Assembly (NCBI GenBank): GCA_050736615.1
Contig: JBOHWL010000111.1
Coordinates: 1-63,796, forward strand
Direction: 5' to 3'
Length of the DNA stretch: 63,796 nucleotides
Source: Candidatus Binataceae bacterium
GTDB taxonomy: Bacteria; Desulfobacterota; Binatia; Binatales; Binataceae
Shown here: in pieces, positions 17,835 to 26,278 of the stretch
Numbering within the stretch: the stretch's first letter is position 1
Layout: each line of letters opens with the position of its first letter
Notes under the pieces: generated by a model
Told to the model about the DNA's origin: nothing
The model's input: only the letters and a program-made list of their open reading frames with translations
Database searches by the model: none
Made by a program: the position numbers and the translations under genes

Positions 17835-19016
17835 TCATCCTTTAGGCAATCCGAGCACGCGTTCGCCGATTATATTGTGCTGGATCTGGTTGGTGCCGGC
17901 CGCGATCGTTCCCGCCCGCGCGCCCAACATTCGGTAGGACCAGCGGCCGTCATCCAGTGCGTGCGGCGCTTGATGTTCGAGTTGGCTGTAGGCGCCCAAC
18001 AACTCCATCGCGAAGAGCTGTATCGCCAGATTCAGCTCGGTCGCGCACAGCTTCATCATCGAGCCCTCGGGACCGGGCGGCAGTCCCTTCAAACGGCGCG
18101 TCAATTGGCGCAGACCAGTGTATTTGAGCGCCGTCGCCTCGCATTTGAACTGCGCGATTTTTTGCCGCACGGCGGAATCGTGCCATGCGGGGCGGCCGCC
18201 GCGTGAGACCGCATGCGCCAGTTGAGCGAGTTCGCCGATCATCGGCATCAGCGGCCGTCCGCCGCCGTTGCGTTCATACATCAGGGTGGTGATCGCGACC
18301 TGCCAGCCCTGGTTCTTTTCGCCCACCAGATTTTTCCTGGGCACGCGCACCTGATCGAAGAAGACCTCGTTGAAGCCGCGCGCGCCGGTCATTTGCACCA
18401 ATGGCCGTACGGTGATTCCGGGCGTCTTCATATCGACCAGCAAATAGCTGATGCCGCGATGCTTGGGAGCTTCGGGGTCGGTGCGGCATAGCACGAAGGC
18501 CCAGTCGGAATACTGCGCATTCGACGTCCAGATCTTTTGCCCGTTGATGACGAAGTAATCGCCGTCCTCGACCGCGCGCGTGCGCAGCGAGGCGAGGTCC
18601 GAGCCAGCGTTGGGTTCGGAGTAACCCTGGCACCAGATTTCCTCGCCCGTGACGATCTTGGGGATAAAGCGCCGCTTCTGCTCGTCGTTGCCCCAATGCA
18701 TCAGCGTGGGCCCGGTGAGTCCGGGTCCCGAACCGACGTACGGTAGTGGCGCGTTACAGTGGGCCAATTCTTCGTGATAAATCACCGTCCGCAGCAGGCT
18801 CAATCCGCGCCCGCCGAACTCGCGCGGCCATTCGACACAGGTCCATCCGGCCGCCGCCAGCTTGCGCCACCATGCCACCCGCTGGTTCCATTCCTCTTCA
18901 CCGCCGTCGGCAATGCCGTCCAGCGGCACCGCTTGATTTCGTGGCGCGTTGCGCTCCAGCCAGGTGCGAAATTCGCGCCGGAAGGCCTCGTCCGCTTCGC
19001 TGTAATTGAAATCCAT
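17835..19016 (-). CDS. acyl-CoA dehydrogenase family protein
   Basis: MDFNYSEADEAFRREFRTWL.., CQGYSEPNAGSDLASL, and C-terminal GTNQIQHNIIGERVLGLP. Confidence 0.9.
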   Translation of the reverse strand: MDFNYSEADEAFRREFRTWLERNAPRNQAVPLDGIADGGEEEWNQRVAWWRKLAAAGWTCVEWPREFGGRGLSLLRTVIYHEELAHCNAPLPYVGSGPGLTGPTLMHWGNDEQKRRFIPKIVTGEEIWCQGYSEPNAGSDLASLRTRAVEDGDYFVINGQKIWTSNAQYSDWAFVLCRTDPEAPKHRGISYLLVDMKTPGITVRPLVQMTGARGFNEVFFDQVRVPRKNLVGEKNQGWQVAITTLMYERNGGGRPLMPMIGELAQLAHAVSRGGRPAWHDSAVRQKIAQFKCEATALKYTGLRQLTRRLKGLPPGPEGSMMKLCATELNLAIQLFAMELLGAYSQLEHQAPHALDDGRWSYRMLGARAGTIAAGTNQIQHNIIGERVLGLPKG

Positions 19017-19235
19017 CTAATTGTCTCGCGAGTTGCGCGCCGCGTGCGGTCCGTGCGTCCTGAGACTGGCCTTGCGACGCGCGGGGCAACCATCGGCAGC
19101 GTGCCGATTTTGTCACACCGGGCGGTGTACTGCCAAAGCACTGGCGTCGGCTATGCTCGCACCACGACACTTTTCTTGATGCGTGGTTGGGGCCAGAATG
19201 AGAGCGATCATTAATCTTGACGCGCGGTAACCGTC

Positions 19236-19529
19236 GTGGAAATTAAGCTCGACTTGGCCCAGGATATTTTCGACGACCAATTCACGGAAGCGGAGTTCGC
19301 CGCGCGTGTGAGCGAATTGGCCATCCTCGAATTGCTCCGCGCCCGGCGCCTGCATGAACACGAAGCTCAACGGATGCTGGGAGTCGAAAGATGGGAGTTG
19401 GTCGCGCGTATGGAACGTGCGGGCATTACGCCGACCGAACGGGTGTTCGACGAGCTAAAGGACCAACTCGGGCGTGCTATCGCCGCTCGCCGGCCGCGCG
19501 CCGAAACCGGTCAGAGAGGAATTAATGCG
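19236..19529 (+). CDS. UPF0175-like (antitoxin-type) domain ORF, in frame with gloA and with no stop between them
   Basis: GTG start. ..ELAILELLRARRLHEHEAQRMLGVERWELVARMERAGI.. matches the UPF0175 helix-turn-helix pattern. No stop codon occurs before the gloA ATG at 19530. Confidence 0.45.
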
Positions 19530-19925
19530 ATGCGTTTGATGCATACGATGATCAGGGTCAACGACCTCGACGAGACGCTCAAGTTTTATTGCGAGGGGCT
19601 CGGCATGAGCCTGCTGCGCAAGAAGGACTATCCCAGCGGCGAATTCACCCTGGCCTTCGTTGGTTATGGAGATGAACGCGAAAATACCGTGATTGAGCTG
19701 ACCCATAACTGGGGTAAGTCGGGTTATCAACACGGTGACGCCTTCGGCCATCTGGCGATCGGTGTGGATGACCTCTATAAAACCTGCGATGATCTACGGG
19801 CCCGCGGAGTCAAAATTGCCCGCGAGCCCGGCCCGATGAAGTTTGGCGGCCCCGAGATCGCATTCATCGAGGATCCCAACGGCTACAAGATCGAATTGAT
19901 CGCCCGCAAGGGTGTGCTTCTCTGA
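19530..19925 (+). CDS. gloA: lactoylglutathione lyase (glyoxalase I)
   Basis: MRLMHTMIRVNDLDETLKFYCEGLGMSLLRKKDYPSGEFTLAFVGYG...HLAIGVDD...IAFIEDPNGYKIELI. The SD-like GAGAGGA lies ~10 nt upstream of ATG 19530. Confidence 0.9.
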   Translation: MRLMHTMIRVNDLDETLKFYCEGLGMSLLRKKDYPSGEFTLAFVGYGDERENTVIELTHNWGKSGYQHGDAFGHLAIGVDDLYKTCDDLRARGVKIAREPGPMKFGGPEIAFIEDPNGYKIELIARKGVLL

Positions 19926-19933
19926 CTTACCCA

Positions 19934-20084
19934 CTGGGGAACCTCTGCACAAACCCATGTGTCATTCCTGAACGGAGTCTGCGAAGTGAAGAATCCCGGT
20001 AAAAAGCCCGCAAAATCGAAAAGATCCGGGATTCTTCGCTGCGCTCAGAATGACAGAATTACTCCTTGTGCAGACCTTCCCTGG
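19934..20084. repeat. MITE-like nested palindromic element, copy 3 (151 bp, minimal form)
   Basis: CTGGGGAACCTCTGCACAAA..GTCATTCCTGAACGGAGTCTGC, GAAGAATCCCGG-N26-CCGGGATTCTTC, then GCGCTCAGAATGACAGAAT..CTTGTGCAGACCTTCCCTGG. It lacks the central GC-rich module. Confidence 0.85.
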
Positions 20085-20158
20085 CGCAGCGCGTCGGCGC
20101 GCGAAGCGAGCAAAGCCGCGGCGTGCGCACGCGGCAAAGATGCATGCGGGGAAATGAC

Positions 20159-21175
20159 ATGAAGGTCGCCGTTTTCAAAAGGCAGAACGAAATGGCGGTG
20201 GCGGATGCCCCGATGCCGGTGGCGGGGGCGGGCGAGGTCGTGCTCAAGGTGCACAATTGCGGCATCTGCGGGTCTGACTTGCATGCGGTCCAATACGGCT
20301 TCGGGATGCCTCCCGATACTATTATGGGGCACGAATTCTGCGGCGAGATTCATCAGATTGGCAAGGACGCCGGCGATTTCAAAATAGGCGAGCGCGTGGC
20401 CGCGCTGCCCTTCACCAGTTGCGGGACCTGTGAGCGCTGTCTGCGCGGGATGGAAATCCATTGCCACAATCTCAAGGGGCTGGGCCTGGGACAATTACCG
20501 GGCGCGTATGCTGAATACGTGACCTGTGGGGCCGGCAGCCTGCTGCGCCTGCCGGACGAGGTCGGCTCGCGCGACGGCGCGCTGGTAGAACCGCTCTCGG
20601 TGGGGTTGCACGCGGTCAACCGCTCCGGGCTCGTGCCGGGCGAGACCGCGATCGTGATGGGCGCGGGCCCGATCGGACTTGCCTGTCTGACCTGGGCGAA
20701 AGGGAAGGGCGGACAAGTGGTGGTATCGGAAATCGCGGCCGGCCGCGCCGAATTGGCGCGGAAATTGGGCGCCGACGTGGTCATCAATCCGCGGGAAAAA
20801 AATCCCGCCGAACAAGTTCGCACCATGACCGGTCGCGGTCCGGACCTGGTCTTCGAATGCATTGGCATCAAGGGCACGCTCGAGACCGCGATGGATATGG
20901 TTGGACCTCAAGGACAGGTGGTGGTGGTCGGCGTCTGCATGGAACCCGACACCATTTTGCCGATGCGCGGGGTGCTCAAGGAGGTCAGCGTCAATTTTGT
21001 GCTCGGCTATACCCGCGCCGAGTTCGACGAAACCATCGCCGCGCTGGCGAACGGGCGCATCAGGCCACAAGCGATGGTGACCGATGTGATCGGCATCGAA
21101 CAGGTGCCGGAAATGTTCCATACCTTGCGGAAACCCGGCGGCCACGCCAAAGTGCTGGTCGAATTTCCGCATTAG
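20159..21175 (+). CDS. zinc-dependent alcohol dehydrogenase (MDR superfamily)
   Basis: Track ORF 20066..21175. Start placed at MKVAVFKRQNE. GICGSDLH, GHEFCGE, the structural-Zn Cys cluster CGTCERC..C, and GAGPIGL. Confidence 0.85.
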   Translation: MKVAVFKRQNEMAVADAPMPVAGAGEVVLKVHNCGICGSDLHAVQYGFGMPPDTIMGHEFCGEIHQIGKDAGDFKIGERVAALPFTSCGTCERCLRGMEIHCHNLKGLGLGQLPGAYAEYVTCGAGSLLRLPDEVGSRDGALVEPLSVGLHAVNRSGLVPGETAIVMGAGPIGLACLTWAKGKGGQVVVSEIAAGRAELARKLGADVVINPREKNPAEQVRTMTGRGPDLVFECIGIKGTLETAMDMVGPQGQVVVVGVCMEPDTILPMRGVLKEVSVNFVLGYTRAEFDETIAALANGRIRPQAMVTDVIGIEQVPEMFHTLRKPGGHAKVLVEFPH

Positions 21176-21195
21176 CAGTTCGGAAACGCGTATGA

Positions 21196-21232
21196 GTGGC
21201 CGGAGGCGAGCGCCTTCCGGCCATTTTATTTA
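21196..21232. terminator. candidate bidirectional stem-loop terminator between convergent genes
   Basis: GTGGCCGGAGG-CGAGCG-CCTTCCGGCCA is an imperfect stem (one bulge), followed by TTTTATTTAT. Confidence 0.45.
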
Positions 21233-21311
21233 TGCGCGGCCGTTTATGCGTTACCGCGCCGCTCGCGGGAATTTCAAAATCAACCGAAGCATCGTGGCAT
21301 TCAGCATTGCT

Positions 21312-22142
21312 TCAAGGCAATAAAAATTCCTTGATGGCAATGAGGGCTGCGGGCTCCAGCAGTGAGGGCGCATGGCCCACGCCGGGAACCTCGACCATGC
21401 GCGTACCGCGCAGCACCGCGCACATGCGCCGCGCCGTGGCCGCCGATAAGATATCGCTGTCGCCGCCCCGGACGACCAATATCGGCGCGGTAATTCGTGC
21501 GTAGGGCAGCCACAGATCCATCGCGCGTGCGGCGGTTCCCGTGCGCCTCAAATTGCGGATAGCGGGATCCATTTTCCACGCCAACTTGCCGTTTTGCGGC
21601 TTCACCGTCCATCGCACGAATTCCCGCAAAGCGTCGTTGGGCATGGCGCTTAACGGCGGATAATTTTCCCTGTAGTAGGCGGTTACCTCGTCGAGGTTCT
21701 TAAACTCCGACGGCGCCGCGGTCATGTAGTTGGTAATCCGGTTGATTCCGGCCGGATCGGTTTCGGGTCCGATGTCGTTGAGCACGATCCGCTCGACCCG
21801 TTCTGGATAGCCGCCCGCGAACATCATCGAGATAATGCCACCCATCGAGGTCCCGATCAGAGTGGTTCGCGGAATCTCAAGAGCGTTGAGCAGAGCGGCC
21901 AAATCGCTCACATAAGTTCCGGGCGCATAGTCGCCCGGCGGACCCCATTGACTATCGCCGCGTCCGCGCACGTCGAGCGCGATTACGTGATAAGCGGCGT
22001 TTAAGTAAGGCGCCAACTCGTCGAAGTTATGCGCATTGCCGCTGAGGCCGTGGATGCATACCAGCGCCGGCCGCGTGGCATCGCCATGATCGAGATGGTG
22101 CGCCTTGAGTCCATTGACGGTGATGAATTTGCTAACGGCCAT
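21312..22142 (-). CDS. alpha/beta hydrolase
   Basis: ALVCIHGLSGNAHNF, and the nucleophile elbow LIGTSMGG. ATG at 22142 is preceded by GGGAAGG (the track ORF starts at TTG 22154). Confidence 0.8.
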   Translation of the reverse strand: MAVSKFITVNGLKAHHLDHGDATRPALVCIHGLSGNAHNFDELAPYLNAAYHVIALDVRGRGDSQWGPPGDYAPGTYVSDLAALLNALEIPRTTLIGTSMGGIISMMFAGGYPERVERIVLNDIGPETDPAGINRITNYMTAAPSEFKNLDEVTAYYRENYPPLSAMPNDALREFVRWTVKPQNGKLAWKMDPAIRNLRRTGTAARAMDLWLPYARITAPILVVRGGDSDILSAATARRMCAVLRGTRMVEVPGVGHAPSLLEPAALIAIKEFLLP

Positions 22143-22200
22143 TGCCCTTCCCAATGCGGCCCTGAAGCTGGCGCCGCCGAATTATAATCGCGTGATTTGC

Positions 22201-22902
22201 CTATTCCGCGGATTGCGCCAATCCGCATAACTTGTCAGGCACGATTATCAGCCGCCGTCCATCGCGGATGATCAAGTGCTCGCGTTCAAAATCGTTGAGT
22301 TGTTCGGTGGTGCGTTGGCGTGAGGCGCCGACCAGTTCCGCCAGATCCGCATGGGTGATTTTCAAGGTGAGCAGGCACCCGCGTGAATCCTCGACACCGA
22401 ACTTCGCACCCAATTCAATTAACGCGCCCGCCAGTCGTTCCTTGACCGTCAAGCCGACGAAGTTGGTATAACGTTGCAACATCCCCCACCAGCGTCCTAC
22501 CGTGACATCAAGAGTGCGGCTGAGCCGTTCCAGCGGCACCCCCAAGACGATCTCGACGAATACCGCGGGATCGCCCACCCCGACCAGGCAGTCACTGAAA
22601 GCGTCGCATCGAAACGGCCGTGTGGCCGCCGGCAAAAGCGAAGAGACGCCGAAAACTTCGCCGGGTCCGACGAGACCTACCAAAACCCGTTCTTCGCGGG
22701 CGAGAAACGAGAGCTTAGCCACGCCGGAAGCGAGGACATAAACGTGCTTGGAAGCTTCGCCTTCGTAAAAGATAGTGTCGCGGCGCTTTACACGAAATAC
22801 CTCCAGACTACGCGCCAGCCGTGATGCTTGCTGGTCGTTGAGCCATGCCAGGTTCTTCAGGCGTTGTAGCGTATGCTGGTCGATTCCGCCCTTCACACTC
22901 AC
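22201..22902 (-). CDS. Crp/Fnr-family transcriptional regulator
   Basis: An N-terminal cNMP-binding-like beta-roll (IFYEGEASKHVYVLASGVAKL) and a C-terminal HTH (ITHADLAELVGASRQRTTEQLNDFE). No FNR-type N-terminal Cys cluster. GTG start. Confidence 0.85.
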   Translation of the reverse strand: MSVKGGIDQHTLQRLKNLAWLNDQQASRLARSLEVFRVKRRDTIFYEGEASKHVYVLASGVAKLSFLAREERVLVGLVGPGEVFGVSSLLPAATRPFRCDAFSDCLVGVGDPAVFVEIVLGVPLERLSRTLDVTVGRWWGMLQRYTNFVGLTVKERLAGALIELGAKFGVEDSRGCLLTLKITHADLAELVGASRQRTTEQLNDFEREHLIIRDGRRLIIVPDKLCGLAQSAE

Positions 22903-22930
22903 AACTATCTGCTAGCACAGCATCGGCCGA

Positions 22931-22946
22931 TGTCGCCAAGGCGACA
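22931..22946. promoter_or_regulatory. candidate Crp/Fnr-type operator (5-N6-5 palindrome)
   Basis: TGTCG-CCAAGG-CGACA is a perfect inverted repeat 29-44 nt upstream of the regulator start. The adjacent 12-bp palindrome CATCGGCCGATG lies at 22921-22932. Confidence 0.3.
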
Positions 22947-23131
22947 GTTCGGGGCGATTTTGGCGTGCGACCACCGGATTTGGTCCCGTCCGCGACAAAC
23001 TTAAGCGTAACTAATCTATGCTCGCCGGTTAATATTAATTAAATTTCTAACAACTACACTTCCTTGAACGCTCCAGACAGGAACTTTGCCGGACATAGAT
23101 TCAGCCTTATGAGGCGGAGAGATATTAGATA

Positions 23132-23659
23132 ATGGCCACTAAGAATTCCGATGTGACCGACGGCGTTGCGCGTTTATTGGAGGCGCTCGTCGTCGAAATT
23201 CCAACGGCGGCGACCAAACGTCTGCTCAACGACGCCGGCCACAAAGAGCTGCACGAGGCGGGATGGAAGGCCTACGACGCGTGGGTCCGGATTGCCAACG
23301 ATGCCGCCAATCAGCTTTATGGCAATCCGGCCTTTGGCGCGGCGGCTGGCCGCTCGATCGATGCGATGCTGCGATGGCGCCGGATGTTTGACGCCATGTC
23401 GGGTAATTTCTTCGGCGCGCTATGGCCATCGATCGGCGTTCCGACCGCGCGGGAGGTGCAAGCGATGCGTGCCGAACTCAGCGCTTTGCGCGACGAACTG
23501 CGTGAACGCGACCGTGCCGCACGGTCCGCGAACGGGCCCGCATTCGATAATCGCGGCACACGTCCTTCCGATGGCGCCGAGGCTTGCGGGCGTTGGAATG
23601 GTATTGCTCCGGCGATTTTGACTCAGCTCAAGGAGAGCAAGGCCAATGTCGGTATTTAG
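23132..23659 (+). CDS. putative small PHA synthase partner subunit (PhaE/PhaR-like)
   Basis: A 175-aa helical protein that overlaps phaC by 14 nt (coupled). The assignment rests mainly on position and on a coiled-coil-like tail (VPTAREVQAMRAELSALRDELRER). Confidence 0.4.
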   Translation: MATKNSDVTDGVARLLEALVVEIPTAATKRLLNDAGHKELHEAGWKAYDAWVRIANDAANQLYGNPAFGAAAGRSIDAMLRWRRMFDAMSGNFFGALWPSIGVPTAREVQAMRAELSALRDELRERDRAARSANGPAFDNRGTRPSDGAEACGRWNGIAPAILTQLKESKANVGI

Positions 23660-24713
23660 CGAAGTGGCCAGTTATTGGATGGAAGGTGCGTTACGTACGC
23701 TCGAAGCGGCCGCTGACGGTTTTGCCACCGCCGATCCAGAACCAGTTACGCCCTACAGCGTGGTTTATGAGGGCGGCAAGGCGAGCCTGCGCCATTACCG
23801 CCCCGCAGTGCGCCGCCATGCGACACCACTGCTGGTGGTCTACGCGCTGATCAAGCGGCCGTTTATTCTCGATCTGCAGCCGGGCAAGAGCGTGGTCGAG
23901 GTTTTGCTCGCGCACGGCTTCGAAGTCTACTTGATTGACTGGATACCGCCGTCTTTCAATGACGCCGGCCGCGGCTTCGACACCTACGTTAATCAGGATT
24001 TGGCGAACGCCGTGCGGGCCGTCCAGATTGCCGAGCAGACCGAGCACGTGAATCTTCTGGGATACTGCTTCGGCGGATTACTCAGTCTGCTCTATACGGC
24101 GCTCCATCAGGAGAACGTGCGCAATCTGGTCACGCTCGCCACACCGTTCGATATGGGCGTGCGCGAATTGCCATTCTATCACCTCTTCGACGGCATGCTG
24201 GATTCCAGCATCGAGCTGATGACGACGCTCTATGGGAATTGCCCCGCCTGGGCGATCAACGGCATGTTTACCGCGATGTCGCCGGTCCATCATGCGTTCG
24301 ATAAGTACGTTGGGCTGTATCGCAACGCGGGGCGTGACGGTTACGCGGGGATGTTCGAGTTGTTCGAGCGCTGGATGCGCAGTGACGTGCCACTGACCGG
24401 CCGTATTTTTCGTGAATTGACCCTGGAGCTCTTCAAGCGCAACGCCTTGGTGAAAGGCGGCTTTAAGCTTGGCAATCGCACGGTTGAATTGAGCCGGCTG
24501 ACCTGTCCATTGCTCAACGTCGTGGCTGAACTCGACGACGTGGTCCATCCGAGTTCGAGTCTCGCCTTGTCGGAATTTGTCGGCAGCGCTGATAAGCGCA
24601 ATCTGACTTTTCCCACTGGCCATATCGGCGCGGTGGTAAGTTCGGCCGCGATTTCCAGATTATGGCCGCAGGTCGCGAATTGGCTCGCGGAACGCAGCGT
24701 GAGCTTCAACTAA
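23646..24713 (+). CDS. phaC: class III/IV-type poly(R)-hydroxyalkanoate synthase catalytic subunit
   Basis: 355 aa, the size of class III PhaC. The lipase-like box has Cys in LLGYCFGG. VVYALIKRPFILDL and EVYLIDW are also present. AAGGAGAG lies ~10 nt upstream of the ATG. Confidence 0.85.
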   Translation: MSVFSEVASYWMEGALRTLEAAADGFATADPEPVTPYSVVYEGGKASLRHYRPAVRRHATPLLVVYALIKRPFILDLQPGKSVVEVLLAHGFEVYLIDWIPPSFNDAGRGFDTYVNQDLANAVRAVQIAEQTEHVNLLGYCFGGLLSLLYTALHQENVRNLVTLATPFDMGVRELPFYHLFDGMLDSSIELMTTLYGNCPAWAINGMFTAMSPVHHAFDKYVGLYRNAGRDGYAGMFELFERWMRSDVPLTGRIFRELTLELFKRNALVKGGFKLGNRTVELSRLTCPLLNVVAELDDVVHPSSSLALSEFVGSADKRNLTFPTGHIGAVVSSAAISRLWPQVANWLAERSVSFN

Positions 24714-24821
24714 GACGGCTCTCAAATGCGCTGTGGGAGCGTGGCCAGAGATGTCAAATAGAACAAAGCATTAGAAACTGTCGCGTGGGCGACAAATCCG
24801 GGCGCGCGCGGAAGTTGTTCA

Positions 24822-25178
24822 ATGACTAGTTTGAAGGGGTCAAAAGGCGGCGCGAAAACCCGCAAAAAATCGCCCCGAAAAGGGCATGGAGGAATGACTA
24901 AATTGGCAGAAAAAGAAAACCGTGAAGGCCTTTACGAAACCGCCGGCAAGCTGAGCGAGGCCTGGCTGAGCTTCGACGGCGCGAAGAAAGCCGCCGCATG
25001 GTACATCGACAACAGTCAAAAGTTCGCTAATCAGGCGATCGATCTGCAACAGAAGGCAACCGAGTGGGCGAAGGACACGCCGTTGGCTCGCATCTTCGAG
25101 CTGCAGAACTCGATCGCGCGCAAGTTTGTTGAACGTTCGGCGGATCTCGCGCGTACGGTCTGGCAAATTCAGGGATAA
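24822..25178 (+). CDS. putative phasin / PHA granule-associated protein
   Basis: A small all-helical protein next to phaC (..SQKFANQAIDLQQKATEWAKDTPLARIFELQNSIARKF..). ATG 24894 is an alternative start. A terminator follows. Confidence 0.45.
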   Translation: MTSLKGSKGGAKTRKKSPRKGHGGMTKLAEKENREGLYETAGKLSEAWLSFDGAKKAAAWYIDNSQKFANQAIDLQQKATEWAKDTPLARIFELQNSIARKFVERSADLARTVWQIQG

Positions 25179-25231
25179 AACTGACGCGTTTTCGGCTTCT
25201 ATTGTAGAAAGCGAATTCTAACCTGGATGGC

Positions 25232-25275
25232 GGTTGGCTCGCGCGGGCTCTCGGCGCGAGCCAACCGCGTTTTCA
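25232..25275 (+). terminator. rho-independent terminator after the phasin-like gene
   Basis: GGTTGGCTCGCGC-loop-GCGCGAGCCAACC (13-bp stem), followed by GCGTTTTCATTC. Confidence 0.6.
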
Positions 25276-25462
25276 TTCATCGGCGCCCGGATCAATGACG
25301 TGCCACGCATGCGAACCGTCCCGCGCTTGTGTCGACCTTAAGGCCGCAGTAGGCGTTTATAACAACTGGCCAATTTTACTTCCTCCTCGGTGATTCAATC
25401 GCATTGACGCGAGCAAATTAACCGCGCATGGAGCTTTGCCACGCGCTGGGCGGACGAGTACT

Positions 25463-26221
25463 ATGCGGCAAATCCTGATGGGGAGGCTCGGCCGCGTGTT
25501 TCTCGACCTGACTGCCGCGTCCTGTTTCGACTACATGGAGCAACTCTCCGGCTTGCTCCGCGACCCGCTCTGCTACGGCTCTGACGTTCCTCACGGGAAC
25601 GGTGAGCCGATTCTGCTGATTCCGGGCTTTTTCGCCGGCGATTGGTCGATGGCACCGATGGCGCGATGGCTAAAGCGCGTCGGCTACCGCCCCTATCATT
25701 CCGGCATCGATCTGAACCTGGGATGTCCGCGCGAAAAAGTGGAGCGACTCCATTGGCGGGTTAAAGCGATTGTGGACGAGACCGGAATGGCGTTGACGCT
25801 CATCGGTCATAGCCTCGGCGGCCTGCTTGCCCGCTCCCTCAGCTCCAGTATGCCGTTCATGATCGGGCAGGTGATTGTCCTGGGTTCGCCGGTCCGCAAC
25901 GAATGGGCCGCGGTTAACCGCCAGCTACGCCCGGTGATGCGGATAATGGCGGGATGGTGGCAACATGTGGCCGGAGCTTCGGCGTGCGGCACGTCGGACT
26001 GCGCATGCGGCTTTGCCGCCACGCTGCGAATGCGCGCCGGCGCCGCATGCACCTCAATCTACACACGCGAAGACGAGCTGGTGGACTGGCGCACCTGTGT
26101 CGGCGGTGGTGTCAGTCACGAGGTCTCGGGCCGCCATTTCGGCCTGGTGGTCAACCGCGAAGTCTATCGTATCGTGGCGCGGCTTCTCGCCCGTGAAGAA
26201 CGGCCCGGCCGCGCGGCTTAA
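25463..26221 (+). CDS. alpha/beta hydrolase (lipase/esterase-like) with a Cys-rich C-terminal segment
   Basis: ILLIPGFFAGDW, and the nucleophile elbow LIGHSLGG. The Cys cluster is ACGTSDCACG..C..C. Start placed at MRQILMG (the track ORF starts at 25436). Confidence 0.65.
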   Translation: MRQILMGRLGRVFLDLTAASCFDYMEQLSGLLRDPLCYGSDVPHGNGEPILLIPGFFAGDWSMAPMARWLKRVGYRPYHSGIDLNLGCPREKVERLHWRVKAIVDETGMALTLIGHSLGGLLARSLSSSMPFMIGQVIVLGSPVRNEWAAVNRQLRPVMRIMAGWWQHVAGASACGTSDCACGFAATLRMRAGAACTSIYTREDELVDWRTCVGGGVSHEVSGRHFGLVVNREVYRIVARLLAREERPGRAA

Positions 26222-26278
26222 CGCCATTGCCGCTGCTGCAAGCCAGTCAGCGACCAGGTGGCGACCCTTTTCCGCTTC

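Noticed and set aside
19115-19128. A 14-bp near-palindrome ACACCGGGCGGTGT in the divergent ACAD/gloA intergenic region, considered as a possible TetR-type operator.
   Set aside because: The arms are short (6 bp), there is no adjacent regulator gene, and there is no second copy in the window. That is insufficient evidence.
19236-19529. A complete toxin-antitoxin module around the UPF0175-like ORF.
   Set aside because: No PIN/DUF3368-like or other toxin ORF lies on either side. The downstream in-frame sequence is glyoxalase I.
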